DNA of 38,605 nt, taken from the IMG/VR virus record IMGVR_UViG_3300024303_000159. One strand, 5' to 3'. The position numbers were made by a program, and so were the translations under genes. The stretch comes from a virus. Positions 5,877 to 13,349 of the stretch are shown one piece after another (positions within the stretch are counted from its first letter, which is position 1; each line of letters opens with the position of its first letter). The notes under the pieces are model-generated. The model ran no database searches and was not told the DNA's origin. It saw nothing but the letters and a program-made list of their open reading frames with translations.

Positions 5877-5882
5877 CATGTA
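5868..5882. promoter_or_regulatory. Operator palindrome copy 1 (ACATG-GGAA-CATGT-A)
   Basis: ACATGGGAACATGTA is an exact 15-mer repeat of 5933..5947. The arms ACATG and CATGT are inverted repeats. Confidence 0.65.
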
Positions 5883-5925
5883 ATATTGCACAAAAAACAC
5901 CTTTCATTTTTGGTAATTTTGCCGA

Positions 5926-5954
5926 TTGTATTACATGGGAACATGTAGTATAAT
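5926..5954 (+). promoter_or_regulatory. Promoter of the plus-strand orphan operon, with an operator filling the spacer
   Basis: TTGTAT (5926..5931), 17 nt, TATAAT (5949..5954). The spacer is TACATGGGAACATGTAg, which is palindrome copy 2. Confidence 0.6.
5933..5947. promoter_or_regulatory. Operator palindrome copy 2
   Basis: ACATGGGAACATGTA. Including T5932 it is a perfect TACATG-ggaa-CATGTA. It is 65 bp centre-to-centre from copy 1. Confidence 0.65.
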
Positions 5955-5999
5955 AACATCATAAGGAACAGGAAAACAGCACGAAAGGTGGTAAAGATT

Positions 6000-6251
6000 A
6001 TGAGAAGAATTATTGAAGTAGAAATGGAAACCAAATGCAAAAAGTTAGAAACGGCACTTGACAGATTTTTTAAAAAGCATCCGGCATTGAATTACTGGAG
6101 AGAAACATTTGAATACATGGCAGAAAACAATCTTGATTTTTTCAGTGACAACAGAATGGCAGATGGAACAAACAACAAAGATTGGGCTTACGCATTACAT
6201 CTTGATATTAACGAAAATGATTTTTATATCTGCGTTATCGAAAGGGCATAA
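6000..6251 (+). CDS. Orphan 83-aa acidic protein
   Basis: ATG at 6000 (MRRIIEVEMETK...) with AAAGGTGG 7 nt upstream. The track ORF starts at GTG 5988. I recognise no motif. Confidence 0.6.
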   Translation: MRRIIEVEMETKCKKLETALDRFFKKHPALNYWRETFEYMAENNLDFFSDNRMADGTNNKDWAYALHLDINENDFYICVIERA

Positions 6252-6297
6252 ACAAGCGGCTGTGCTATCGGCAAGACGGGCAGAAAGTGAGGATGTT

Positions 6298-6480
6298 ATG
6301 ACATTAAAAGAAATTATTTTTAAAATCGAAACGGATGATTTTGTGATTGTCCACGAAGGGCAGATCGAAGAAATAAACGGACTAAAAAAAGGAAGCTTCG
6401 GTGCCTTGAAGAAATACTTTGGTTACAATGTTGAAAAGATTGTACCACTTAACAACAGTGTAGAGATAACACTTTCATAG
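6298..6480 (+). CDS. Orphan 60-aa protein
   Basis: MTLKEIIFKIETDDFVIVHEGQIEEINGLKKGSFGALKKYFGYNVEKIVPLNNSVEITLS. GAGGA lies 4 nt upstream of the ATG at 6298. The longer track ORF (from 6109) overlaps the previous gene and has poor composition. Confidence 0.5.
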   Translation: MTLKEIIFKIETDDFVIVHEGQIEEINGLKKGSFGALKKYFGYNVEKIVPLNNSVEITLS

Positions 6481-6488
6481 TAAAACAA

Positions 6489-6516
6489 GGGCAGGGAATA
6501 ACCCCTGCCCCTTTCT
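6489..6516. terminator. Bidirectional intrinsic terminator
   Basis: GGGCAGGG-aataac-CCCTGCCC followed by CTTTCTC. On the other strand the stem is followed by TTGTTTTA. It lies between convergent genes ending at 6480 (+) and 6563 (-). Confidence 0.75.
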
Positions 6517-6562
6517 CATGCCCCTGTGACCTCACAGAATGGCCATATAGCCACTTTTACGG

Positions 6563-7201
6563 TCAAGGCTTTATAAGTGTACCCTTCTTCAATTTCTGAA
6601 GCATGGTGGTGTTCTGTGAAGCTGTTCCAACATACCCGGTGATTCCGTTTGCCTTTGCAATGGTCTTCCGGTAACTGAAACTTGTTTCTGCTCCAATGGA
6701 TGCAAGTGCATCCACAATGCTTCCGGATGCCCCGGTGTACTTCTTGAAATACTCCTTGGCTGCTTCATAGGTGATGTCATTCAGCAGGAACCAATGTGTC
6801 CAATCCCTCTTTGCAATCTTGGTCTTCACAACACCATAAGCAGATCCCCTTGCTTCGATGGCATAACCTTTGCCAACATAGATTCCTATGTGTCCTTTTC
6901 TCCAAACAGCTGCCCCAACAGGTGCATTTTCAACCGTACTGATCGGATGCACAACTTTTGCTTCTGCCTTGAACATGGAAGATGACTTTTCCTTCCCGGT
7001 GTACCATGAAATCAATCCGGAACAGTCAGTGCATACCTTTCCAACCTTCTTGACATCAGAATCCCACACCATATCCCGGCCATAGGTTTTCTTCAGCCAA
7101 TCATATTTTGCCCTTGTCATGACAGCACCCTTCATTCCGTACACATACGGAGTGCCAAGTTTTGATGCCGCAAAATCAATCAGTCCTTTGTTGGTTTTCA
7201 T
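6563..7201 (-). CDS. Endolysin, NlpC/P60 cysteine peptidase with a C-terminal putative wall-binding domain
   Basis: 'TPYVYGMKG', catalytic 'DCSGLISW', 'GHIGIYVG'. The C-terminal segment is 'SIVDALASIG...YVGTASQNTTMLQKLKKG'. It follows the holin. ATG at 7201 with GGGTGA upstream. Confidence 0.85.
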   Translation of the reverse strand: MKTNKGLIDFAASKLGTPYVYGMKGAVMTRAKYDWLKKTYGRDMVWDSDVKKVGKVCTDCSGLISWYTGKEKSSSMFKAEAKVVHPISTVENAPVGAAVWRKGHIGIYVGKGYAIEARGSAYGVVKTKIAKRDWTHWFLLNDITYEAAKEYFKKYTGASGSIVDALASIGAETSFSYRKTIAKANGITGYVGTASQNTTMLQKLKKGTLIKP

Positions 7202-7219
7202 AGAAATCACCCTTTCAAA

Positions 7220-7444
7220 TTATTCCTTGACTTCAGCTTCGTCTTCAGCTTTAACTTCCGGAAGGCCTGCAACAGATGTGAGAAGCGAAAGAACACCTGC
7301 CAATGCAGATGCACTTGCAACCATTGCCCAATTCACATCACCGATCACTGCACTTGTTCCGATTGTAGCAACAGCAGTCTGTGCCACAGTCTTGATTGCT
7401 CTGATACCTGCACACTTGATCCAACACTTGAAATTTTTACACAT
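7220..7444 (-). CDS. Holin, phiLC3-type
   Basis: 'AGIRAIKTVAQTAVATIG...GDVNWAMVASASALAGVLSLLTSVAGLPE' matches my memory of phiLC3/r1t holins ('RAIKTFAQ...DW...LTS...P'). It has an acidic tail. ATG at 7444 with AAGGGTGA upstream. Confidence 0.8.
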   Translation of the reverse strand: MCKNFKCWIKCAGIRAIKTVAQTAVATIGTSAVIGDVNWAMVASASALAGVLSLLTSVAGLPEVKAEDEAEVKE

Positions 7445-7449
7445 GATTA

Positions 7450-7713
7450 TCACCCTTGTCCTTTCTGTTCTAAGTCTGTCAATCTGTGATTGATCACCTT
7501 GATCTGTTCTTCCACAACAGGCATTCTTTTTGCAAAGTTGTTGTGTTCCCTGACTTCCCTTGTCAGTTCGTCAATCTTGTAGCTTTGAAGTGCCTGTGCT
7601 GTCGATAATTGACTTTCAATCTTTTTGTTGCTGTTGTGATTGGTGATTATTACACCAACCAAAGAAAGGACACCAACAACTACTGATGCCCCGGCTGCAA
7701 TAATTGCTTCCAT
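7450..7713 (-). CDS. Membrane-anchored coiled-coil lysis-associated protein (XhlA-like)
   Basis: N-terminal transmembrane helix 'AIIAAGASVVVGVLSLVGVIIT' followed by the coiled coil 'IDELTREVREHNNFAKRMPVVEEQIKVINHRLTDLE'. It lies directly upstream of the holin. Confidence 0.5.
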   Translation of the reverse strand: MEAIIAAGASVVVGVLSLVGVIITNHNSNKKIESQLSTAQALQSYKIDELTREVREHNNFAKRMPVVEEQIKVINHRLTDLEQKGQG

Positions 7714-7749
7714 GTTTTTGTTCCTTCCTTTCCTTTCTTTTGTTTTTAT

Positions 7750-9609
7750 TTATCCAACAGCTTCCACTGTCAAATACGTTTGCATAAGTCCACCATAGAT
7801 GATGTCATTCACCGTTCCATGACATCGAAGTGTTATCAATTCACCTGCCGACACCGCAACAATCCTTGGGGAAATAACAATGCTTTCAGGCACACTCGCA
7901 CTTGCGATATTCATCTGTGATCTTGCAAGATGCGATGTTGAAGCAGATGACCAAATTGCACATGTCTTCAGTCCTGCGGTTGCGGCACCATAACAAATCT
8001 GTGCACTAACTCTGATTTTTGTAATTCCGGAACCGATCAAAATCCCATTGTTTGAAATGGTCAATCCGCTTCCGACAATGGTTGCTGCTGTCATTGGCAG
8101 AATTTCATAATCACTTGCAGAAGTCTTTTTGAAATTGGTTCCCCCAAGCGTATGACTGACAGCAGAAGGTTCCAAAATCTCACTATTTCCAAGCCTGAAA
8201 CCCTTTGAAGCAACAATCTTCATTGCACATTCAAAGGCATCCTGTTCCGATACCTTCCCGAATGCAACACCTTTCCCGGATGCATTGAAGTCCATCAGTG
8301 TATACGCTGTTCCGATCTGAACAGTCTTTTCCGCTGTTGTGAAGAAATCGGAAATGACAAGCCTGATGTCAAAGGCATAATCACCCGACAGGATCCCGGA
8401 TGTTGAAAGATAGCTGCTGTTGTATGCATAAACAGTTCCGGATGTCAAGGTGGTCCATGCTGAAGCTGATTGCCGCTTGTACTGCAAGGACCATGACTTG
8501 CTGTTCTTGCTGTTCACGGATGCAATGCTGAAATTGATGCTTGCCTTCAGATAGGTTCCTTCAGCGTTTTCAACACCGCTTGCATTGGTTCTGATGCATG
8601 TGAATGATGTGATTGTCGGTGCTGTGTATGCAAGGACTGTGATTGACTGTGTTGATGTTGCTGTTCTTCCTCTGCTATCCGTCACCGTCACAACAACACT
8701 TTTTGTTCCTGCTGTTGTCAGGATCCCGGATGTGATTGATTGTCCATAGAATATTGCACCGTCAACCGTCACTTTGTATGACCTGATGCTGCTATAATAA
8801 GCACCGGAAGCAGCCACAGAAACATTCACCCGGCTTTTCCCTTGGACATATCCCCCGAACTGTGCTGCAATGCCTTCTGTGCCTTCTGACACACTCACAG
8901 ATGAAATTGTGGGAACCACCGATGCAGGAACAGTTGCTGTGAACCAAATTTCCCTTGATCCAATCAGTGTGCTTCCTGAATAAGTCTTGCAGACAATACT
9001 TCCGGTTCCTGTTGTTCCGTTTGGAATAGCAAGGCATAACTGCATTGGAACGGTCCATGCATATGATGTTGCAACACCCGAAGCAATGGATCCGGACTGA
9101 TTGCCAAACACCCATGTCAATGTGTGTGTGAATCCGCTTGATGCCCTTGGTGTGCTGATCGTCACACTTGATCCGATCTCAAATGTTGAAGCAGACAGTG
9201 TTGGTGTTGTTGCCCTTGCAATCGTGTTGAAGGTTCCTGTTCCGGATGTTGAAACGGAACCATAATATGTTCCGGACAATGTGACAGCAATCCCGGCAGA
9301 ACATGAAAAAGAACAGGTCTTTGTTCCATCAGCATTGTGCGGAACAGTCACTGTTCTTGTGTGAATCGTCTTTGTTTGGGTTCCGGTCAATGAAGCATTG
9401 AATGTGAATGCATAGGATGTTCCATTGATGGAAATTGAACCGTTTTTTGTTGTACTTGAATTGATTGTCCATGATGATCCGGTGGAAACAAGCTGCACAT
9501 TCGCTGTCACTGTGGAAGTGTTGTTTTCAACGGATTGTGAAGTCACTGACCATGCAATCTGTATCTTATAACCAAGAAATGCTGAACTGATTGTTCCTGA
9601 AGATGCCAT
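7750..9609 (-). CDS. Tail fibre / host-specificity protein, DUF859-like
   Basis: 'IQIAWSVTSQSVENNTSTVTANVQL...SSWT...ISINGTSY...HNADGTKT...FNTIARAT' is the DUF859 siphovirus pattern as I remember it. It is Ser/Thr/Gly-rich beta protein throughout. ATG at 9609 after AGGTG. The track ORF starts at GTG 9618. Confidence 0.7.
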   Translation of the reverse strand: MASSGTISSAFLGYKIQIAWSVTSQSVENNTSTVTANVQLVSTGSSWTINSSTTKNGSISINGTSYAFTFNASLTGTQTKTIHTRTVTVPHNADGTKTCSFSCSAGIAVTLSGTYYGSVSTSGTGTFNTIARATTPTLSASTFEIGSSVTISTPRASSGFTHTLTWVFGNQSGSIASGVATSYAWTVPMQLCLAIPNGTTGTGSIVCKTYSGSTLIGSREIWFTATVPASVVPTISSVSVSEGTEGIAAQFGGYVQGKSRVNVSVAASGAYYSSIRSYKVTVDGAIFYGQSITSGILTTAGTKSVVVTVTDSRGRTATSTQSITVLAYTAPTITSFTCIRTNASGVENAEGTYLKASINFSIASVNSKNSKSWSLQYKRQSASAWTTLTSGTVYAYNSSYLSTSGILSGDYAFDIRLVISDFFTTAEKTVQIGTAYTLMDFNASGKGVAFGKVSEQDAFECAMKIVASKGFRLGNSEILEPSAVSHTLGGTNFKKTSASDYEILPMTAATIVGSGLTISNNGILIGSGITKIRVSAQICYGAATAGLKTCAIWSSASTSHLARSQMNIASASVPESIVISPRIVAVSAGELITLRCHGTVNDIIYGGLMQTYLTVEAVG

Positions 9610-9610
9610 G

Positions 9611-10423
9611 TCATACACCTACTTTCTTGAATGACAGATTTCCGTTTGCCCTTGGTGTGAATGCAAAATTTCCAAGCCGCAAACTGTTGGTGAATTCACC
9701 ATCCACCACATACAATTTGTTGTTGCTTAGATATGCAACTTCTGCACCGTTCTGAATGAAAGAAATCCGGTCATTCCTGATTTGCAGTTCCAGTTCATTG
9801 CCGATTTCTCCAAGATGGATCCTTCCGTCAATGAATCTTATGTATTTCTTGATCTGTTCAAATTCAGCATCAGTTCCATTGACAATTCCTTCAAGGTCTG
9901 CATTAAACTGATTGAACCGGATCACAACATCTTCATTTGTCTGTTCGATCTGTGTCGATACTTCCGACACAAGCCTTTCTGCATCCTGCTTCAAATAATA
10001 CTGCTCTGAAACTGTTGAAAGGACCGAATCCTTTGATTTTGCAATTTCAGTGAATGCATTGCTTGTCAATTCGACAATAGCACTTGCATTCCGGTCTGCA
10101 CTGCTTGCTGCATCGTTTGCTGCTGTTTCCGCATTTACTGCCTTATTATAGGCCGCCTTTGCAGCTTCAAATGCTGTTGATATAGAAACTTCGGTATATT
10201 CAAATGAACCATCGGAAAACACATTGCAATCAACCACATACAATGTTTCTGTTTTCGTGGGATCATATGTTGGTTCCGTATCATCCCATGCTGAAGAAGG
10301 TGGAAATGTTGTTGGTTTGGAAGGTGCAGCCAAGGTTGATGATTGTTTCAAATAATATTTCCAAACCGCTTGAACATCCACAATGGCCGAAAGTGTGACT
10401 GCTGCACTTGCTTTGACTGCCAT
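9611..10423 (-). CDS. Tail fibre / baseplate-associated structural protein
   Basis: Position in the fibre block. Coiled-coil centre. C-terminal 'LQIRNDRISFIQNGAEVAYLSNNKLYV...LRLGNFAFTPRANGNLSF' is typical of Firmicutes phage minor structural proteins. Confidence 0.55.
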   Translation of the reverse strand: MAVKASAAVTLSAIVDVQAVWKYYLKQSSTLAAPSKPTTFPPSSAWDDTEPTYDPTKTETLYVVDCNVFSDGSFEYTEVSISTAFEAAKAAYNKAVNAETAANDAASSADRNASAIVELTSNAFTEIAKSKDSVLSTVSEQYYLKQDAERLVSEVSTQIEQTNEDVVIRFNQFNADLEGIVNGTDAEFEQIKKYIRFIDGRIHLGEIGNELELQIRNDRISFIQNGAEVAYLSNNKLYVVDGEFTNSLRLGNFAFTPRANGNLSFKKVGV

Positions 10424-10426
10424 GAT

Positions 10427-11260
10427 CTAACCTTCCAATTGTGCAGTGTAGGTTGCTTTGTTCGCAACATCACCTGCATCAATTGTCAGTGTTGTTCCGG
10501 ATGCAACAGATGTTGTTCCACCGTCTTTGTACCATTTCACTGTTCCAAGTGCCGCAATCTGTGTGCTGTTCAATTCTGTTCCTGCCTTATAGACATGTGC
10601 AGTCAGCGTTGTTTCGATTGCAGAATTCTTGAAAATGGTTCCATTGGAAGAAGTGATGGTCATGGTGATTGCATCCGCACCATTTGCACCGTTCGCACCG
10701 TTGGATCCGTTTCTTCCCACACTGTATGAAGTGGTTGTCGCATTGTCAGTGTATGTGATGACTGTTCTTGTCCACAAAAACTGCCCGGCACTGACCGAAG
10801 GAACCTCATCATTCCATGTTCCTGTTGGAACCGTTGTTCCGCTTGAAGCAGCCTGATATTTGACTTCTGTGGACTTGATGCCCTTTCCGGAAGATCCGGT
10901 TGCACCTGTGAATGCAATGGAAAATGCAAATTCTTTATTGATCACAATGTCACCAACATGAACCGGAATCTTCACAACACCATTTGAAGTGACCGCTGTT
11001 GTCACTGCAATTGTCAAGGTCGGTGCTGTTGCATTACTATCCTTCGTGACTGTCACTCCTGATGGTGCGACAATCTCCGACAAAATAACGGAAGCTGCAA
11101 GCTGTTCCGCACCTCTCATTGCAATGACCTGTGTTGTCGTGCTTCCTGCCTTGGCCGCTGAAGTAGTGCCTGCGAAAGTGAATGCATCACTTGTGAGAAT
11201 GACCGAATATGCATCAGTAACATCAACGATTGAAATCTGATCTGAAATTTTTACTGCCAT
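10427..11260 (-). CDS. Tail fibre protein with a short collagen-like G-x-x run and a shared C-terminal module
   Basis: 'GRNGSNGANGANGADA' is followed by a roughly 90-aa module homologous to the C-terminus of the 466-aa Tal-like protein. Confidence 0.6.
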   Translation of the reverse strand: MAVKISDQISIVDVTDAYSVILTSDAFTFAGTTSAAKAGSTTTQVIAMRGAEQLAASVILSEIVAPSGVTVTKDSNATAPTLTIAVTTAVTSNGVVKIPVHVGDIVINKEFAFSIAFTGATGSSGKGIKSTEVKYQAASSGTTVPTGTWNDEVPSVSAGQFLWTRTVITYTDNATTTSYSVGRNGSNGANGANGADAITMTITSSNGTIFKNSAIETTLTAHVYKAGTELNSTQIAALGTVKWYKDGGTTSVASGTTLTIDAGDVANKATYTAQLEG

Positions 11261-11279
11261 TATGATTTCCCCCTTGGAT

Positions 11280-12680
11280 TCAAATAATCAACTTACACAT
11301 GAATGTTGCCTTCGTGTCCACATCTTCAGGTGTGAGATCCAGGGAAAAACCATGATCCCTGATTCTGCTGTCACTTGCAGAAATCACACCGAATGTGTTT
11401 TCATCCATTCGCTGCCATGACCATTCCAAATATGCAGATGCACCAAATGATTCAGTCAGTTCAGCTTTGTTCGTTATTCGATTTTCTCCAAAGTAAATCA
11501 CAACAGCCAATGTTGTTTTTATCTGATTGTTTTTGAATACTGTTCCCCTTGATGAATCAATTCTTAGGACCGCAGCATCCTTTCCATCCTTCCCATCCCG
11601 GACAGTGACATTGAATGCACCGACTGTCTTTGCAGTGAATGATTCCACTATGCCACCAAGGACCAATTTGTTTGATGCAGGTTCAAGCAGATCAATTGAC
11701 AGCTTCCTGACCAACAGATTCTGATTGATTCCATGCGGATTGCTTGTCACATTCACATATGTTCCCACATGGAAAGAAGTCACTGTTTTATCAACGGATG
11801 CAAGATCCGCTGCTGAAAGGTCAATGATTTCCGGTGTGTTGACAAGTGAAGCAAGATGTGCCTTAGCCTTCCGCAGAAGGTTTGAAGCAATTGTGACATC
11901 ATCCCATATATTTGTAGCAAATATCATGCCATACTCTTTGACTGCATCTTCATCAAAGATATAATCAAGATCATTGTTCACCGATCTGATTGTCAGTCTT
12001 TCTTCGGATCCTTCAAGCTTTGCACCAAGTGGAATCAGTGCTGTTGATATTTCATCACCCTTCCGGATCCGCTTCATTTCAAGCAGATTCTTTGCAAACT
12101 CAATCTTCTGTGGTGACAGCAGTGTGAAGTCATTCAAATAATCAATGAAGCTGACACCATCAACCCTTCTGATGTTCACATATCCACCATGCCTGTTGAT
12201 AAGTGATTCATTTATAACTTCCAAGGTCTTTTTGTAGTCATTGGAAGTCATTGAAACTGTTCCCCCGGCATCCGTCACAGTGACATTTCCCAATGTGAAT
12301 TGACGGTCTGCATCAACCTGTGCATTGTGTTCTGAAATAAGCTTCTGAAGGAATTCTGCAATGCTCCCGGTGAATTCATATGGCCTGATGACTGAATCAA
12401 TCAGGAAGGCCATTTCCCCTTCACATTCCACATACTTTTCATTGTAGAATCCGATTTCATCATTCAGCACCCTTCCCCGGAACAGCAAAAAACCATCCTG
12501 ATATACAGTGATGATTGATTTGATCTTCCGTATGAATTCATAGGTGGGATGATCCGGATATATTGTGAAGGTGAAGGATCCTGTTTTGTTCAGTTCCAAA
12601 TCTACCTTCGGGGAAAAGATCTTGTATTCTTCCAAGCTGTCATCATAAAGCAGGAAAGAATCACAAAGTACCTGATACAT
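11280..12680 (-). CDS. Tail-associated protein (Tal, prophage-tail N-terminal type)
   Basis: Immediately follows Dit. The N-terminus 'YDDSLEEYKIFSPKVDLELNKTGSFTFTIY...ITVYQDGFLLFRGRVL' resembles the phage minor structural protein N-terminal region / Prophage_tail family. Confidence 0.7.
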   Translation of the reverse strand: MYQVLCDSFLLYDDSLEEYKIFSPKVDLELNKTGSFTFTIYPDHPTYEFIRKIKSIITVYQDGFLLFRGRVLNDEIGFYNEKYVECEGEMAFLIDSVIRPYEFTGSIAEFLQKLISEHNAQVDADRQFTLGNVTVTDAGGTVSMTSNDYKKTLEVINESLINRHGGYVNIRRVDGVSFIDYLNDFTLLSPQKIEFAKNLLEMKRIRKGDEISTALIPLGAKLEGSEERLTIRSVNNDLDYIFDEDAVKEYGMIFATNIWDDVTIASNLLRKAKAHLASLVNTPEIIDLSAADLASVDKTVTSFHVGTYVNVTSNPHGINQNLLVRKLSIDLLEPASNKLVLGGIVESFTAKTVGAFNVTVRDGKDGKDAAVLRIDSSRGTVFKNNQIKTTLAVVIYFGENRITNKAELTESFGASAYLEWSWQRMDENTFGVISASDSRIRDHGFSLDLTPEDVDTKATFMCKLII

Positions 12681-12681
12681 A

Positions 12682-13320
12682 TCACAACCCCCTTTCCAAA
12701 TAGGCGAAGGTTGCTGTGCCTGCTCCGTCTAATAGAATGATATTTTCCCCATTCACCAACCGGACCGCAGGAAGGTCATATCTGCCTTCAGAAAGTGAAT
12801 AGGAATTTGATCCGAAGGTCAAATCCACTTCCCCGGTGATGTCGATTGTCGGCATCACACTTCTTTTGCTGTTCATGAGGATCACTGTTCCCGGACCATT
12901 CACAGCTGCTGTGACTACTGTTTCAGATAGCTTTGTTTTGTACGGTTCACAATCGCAATCAATTGTCAGCTTCCCGATGTTCTTTTCTGCCTTCCATTCT
13001 GACACACTGATTCTTCCGGTGTAATACCATGCCGGATCATCATCAAGAACGATCCGCATCTTCTGTCCATGCAAGGCATTCTGAACCCTTGAAAACAGAT
13101 CCAGGAATTCTGCCTGCGGAACAATGCTTGAAAACTCAAAGGATAGATTCCGATTGTTATATCTTACTTCCCCGAAAACTTCTGTTAAATCAAGAACACC
13201 ATCACCCCCCGGAATGTCAATGCTTTCCGTTTTAGGTGATGGTGTACCAATCATCTTTTGTGAAAGGATCAGGGAAAAATCATGATAAGAATGAAAATCC
13301 CCAAAATTTATTCCTTTCAT
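12682..13320 (-). CDS. Distal tail protein (Dit, Sipho_tail type)
   Basis: 'INFGDFHSYHDFSLILSQKMIGTPSPKTESIDIPGGDGVLDLTEVFGEVRYNNRNLSFEF' is the canonical Dit N-terminal pattern. Confidence 0.8.
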   Translation of the reverse strand: MKGINFGDFHSYHDFSLILSQKMIGTPSPKTESIDIPGGDGVLDLTEVFGEVRYNNRNLSFEFSSIVPQAEFLDLFSRVQNALHGQKMRIVLDDDPAWYYTGRISVSEWKAEKNIGKLTIDCDCEPYKTKLSETVVTAAVNGPGTVILMNSKRSVMPTIDITGEVDLTFGSNSYSLSEGRYDLPAVRLVNGENIILLDGAGTATFAYLERGL

Positions 13321-13349
13321 AAGACCTGCCTTTCTTTTCTGTTATTTAA

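Noticed and set aside
10673-10712. Short tandem 9-nt periodicity (gcaccatttgcaccgttcgcaccgttgga)
   Set aside because: It is the coding sequence of the collagen-like GxxGxxG run (GSNGANGANGADA) in the fibre gene, so it is not an independent DNA-level element.
7750-11260. Diversity-generating retroelement targeting the fibre genes
   Set aside because: No reverse transcriptase ORF exists anywhere in the window. I saw no template/variable repeat pair with A-specific mismatches near the fibre C-termini.
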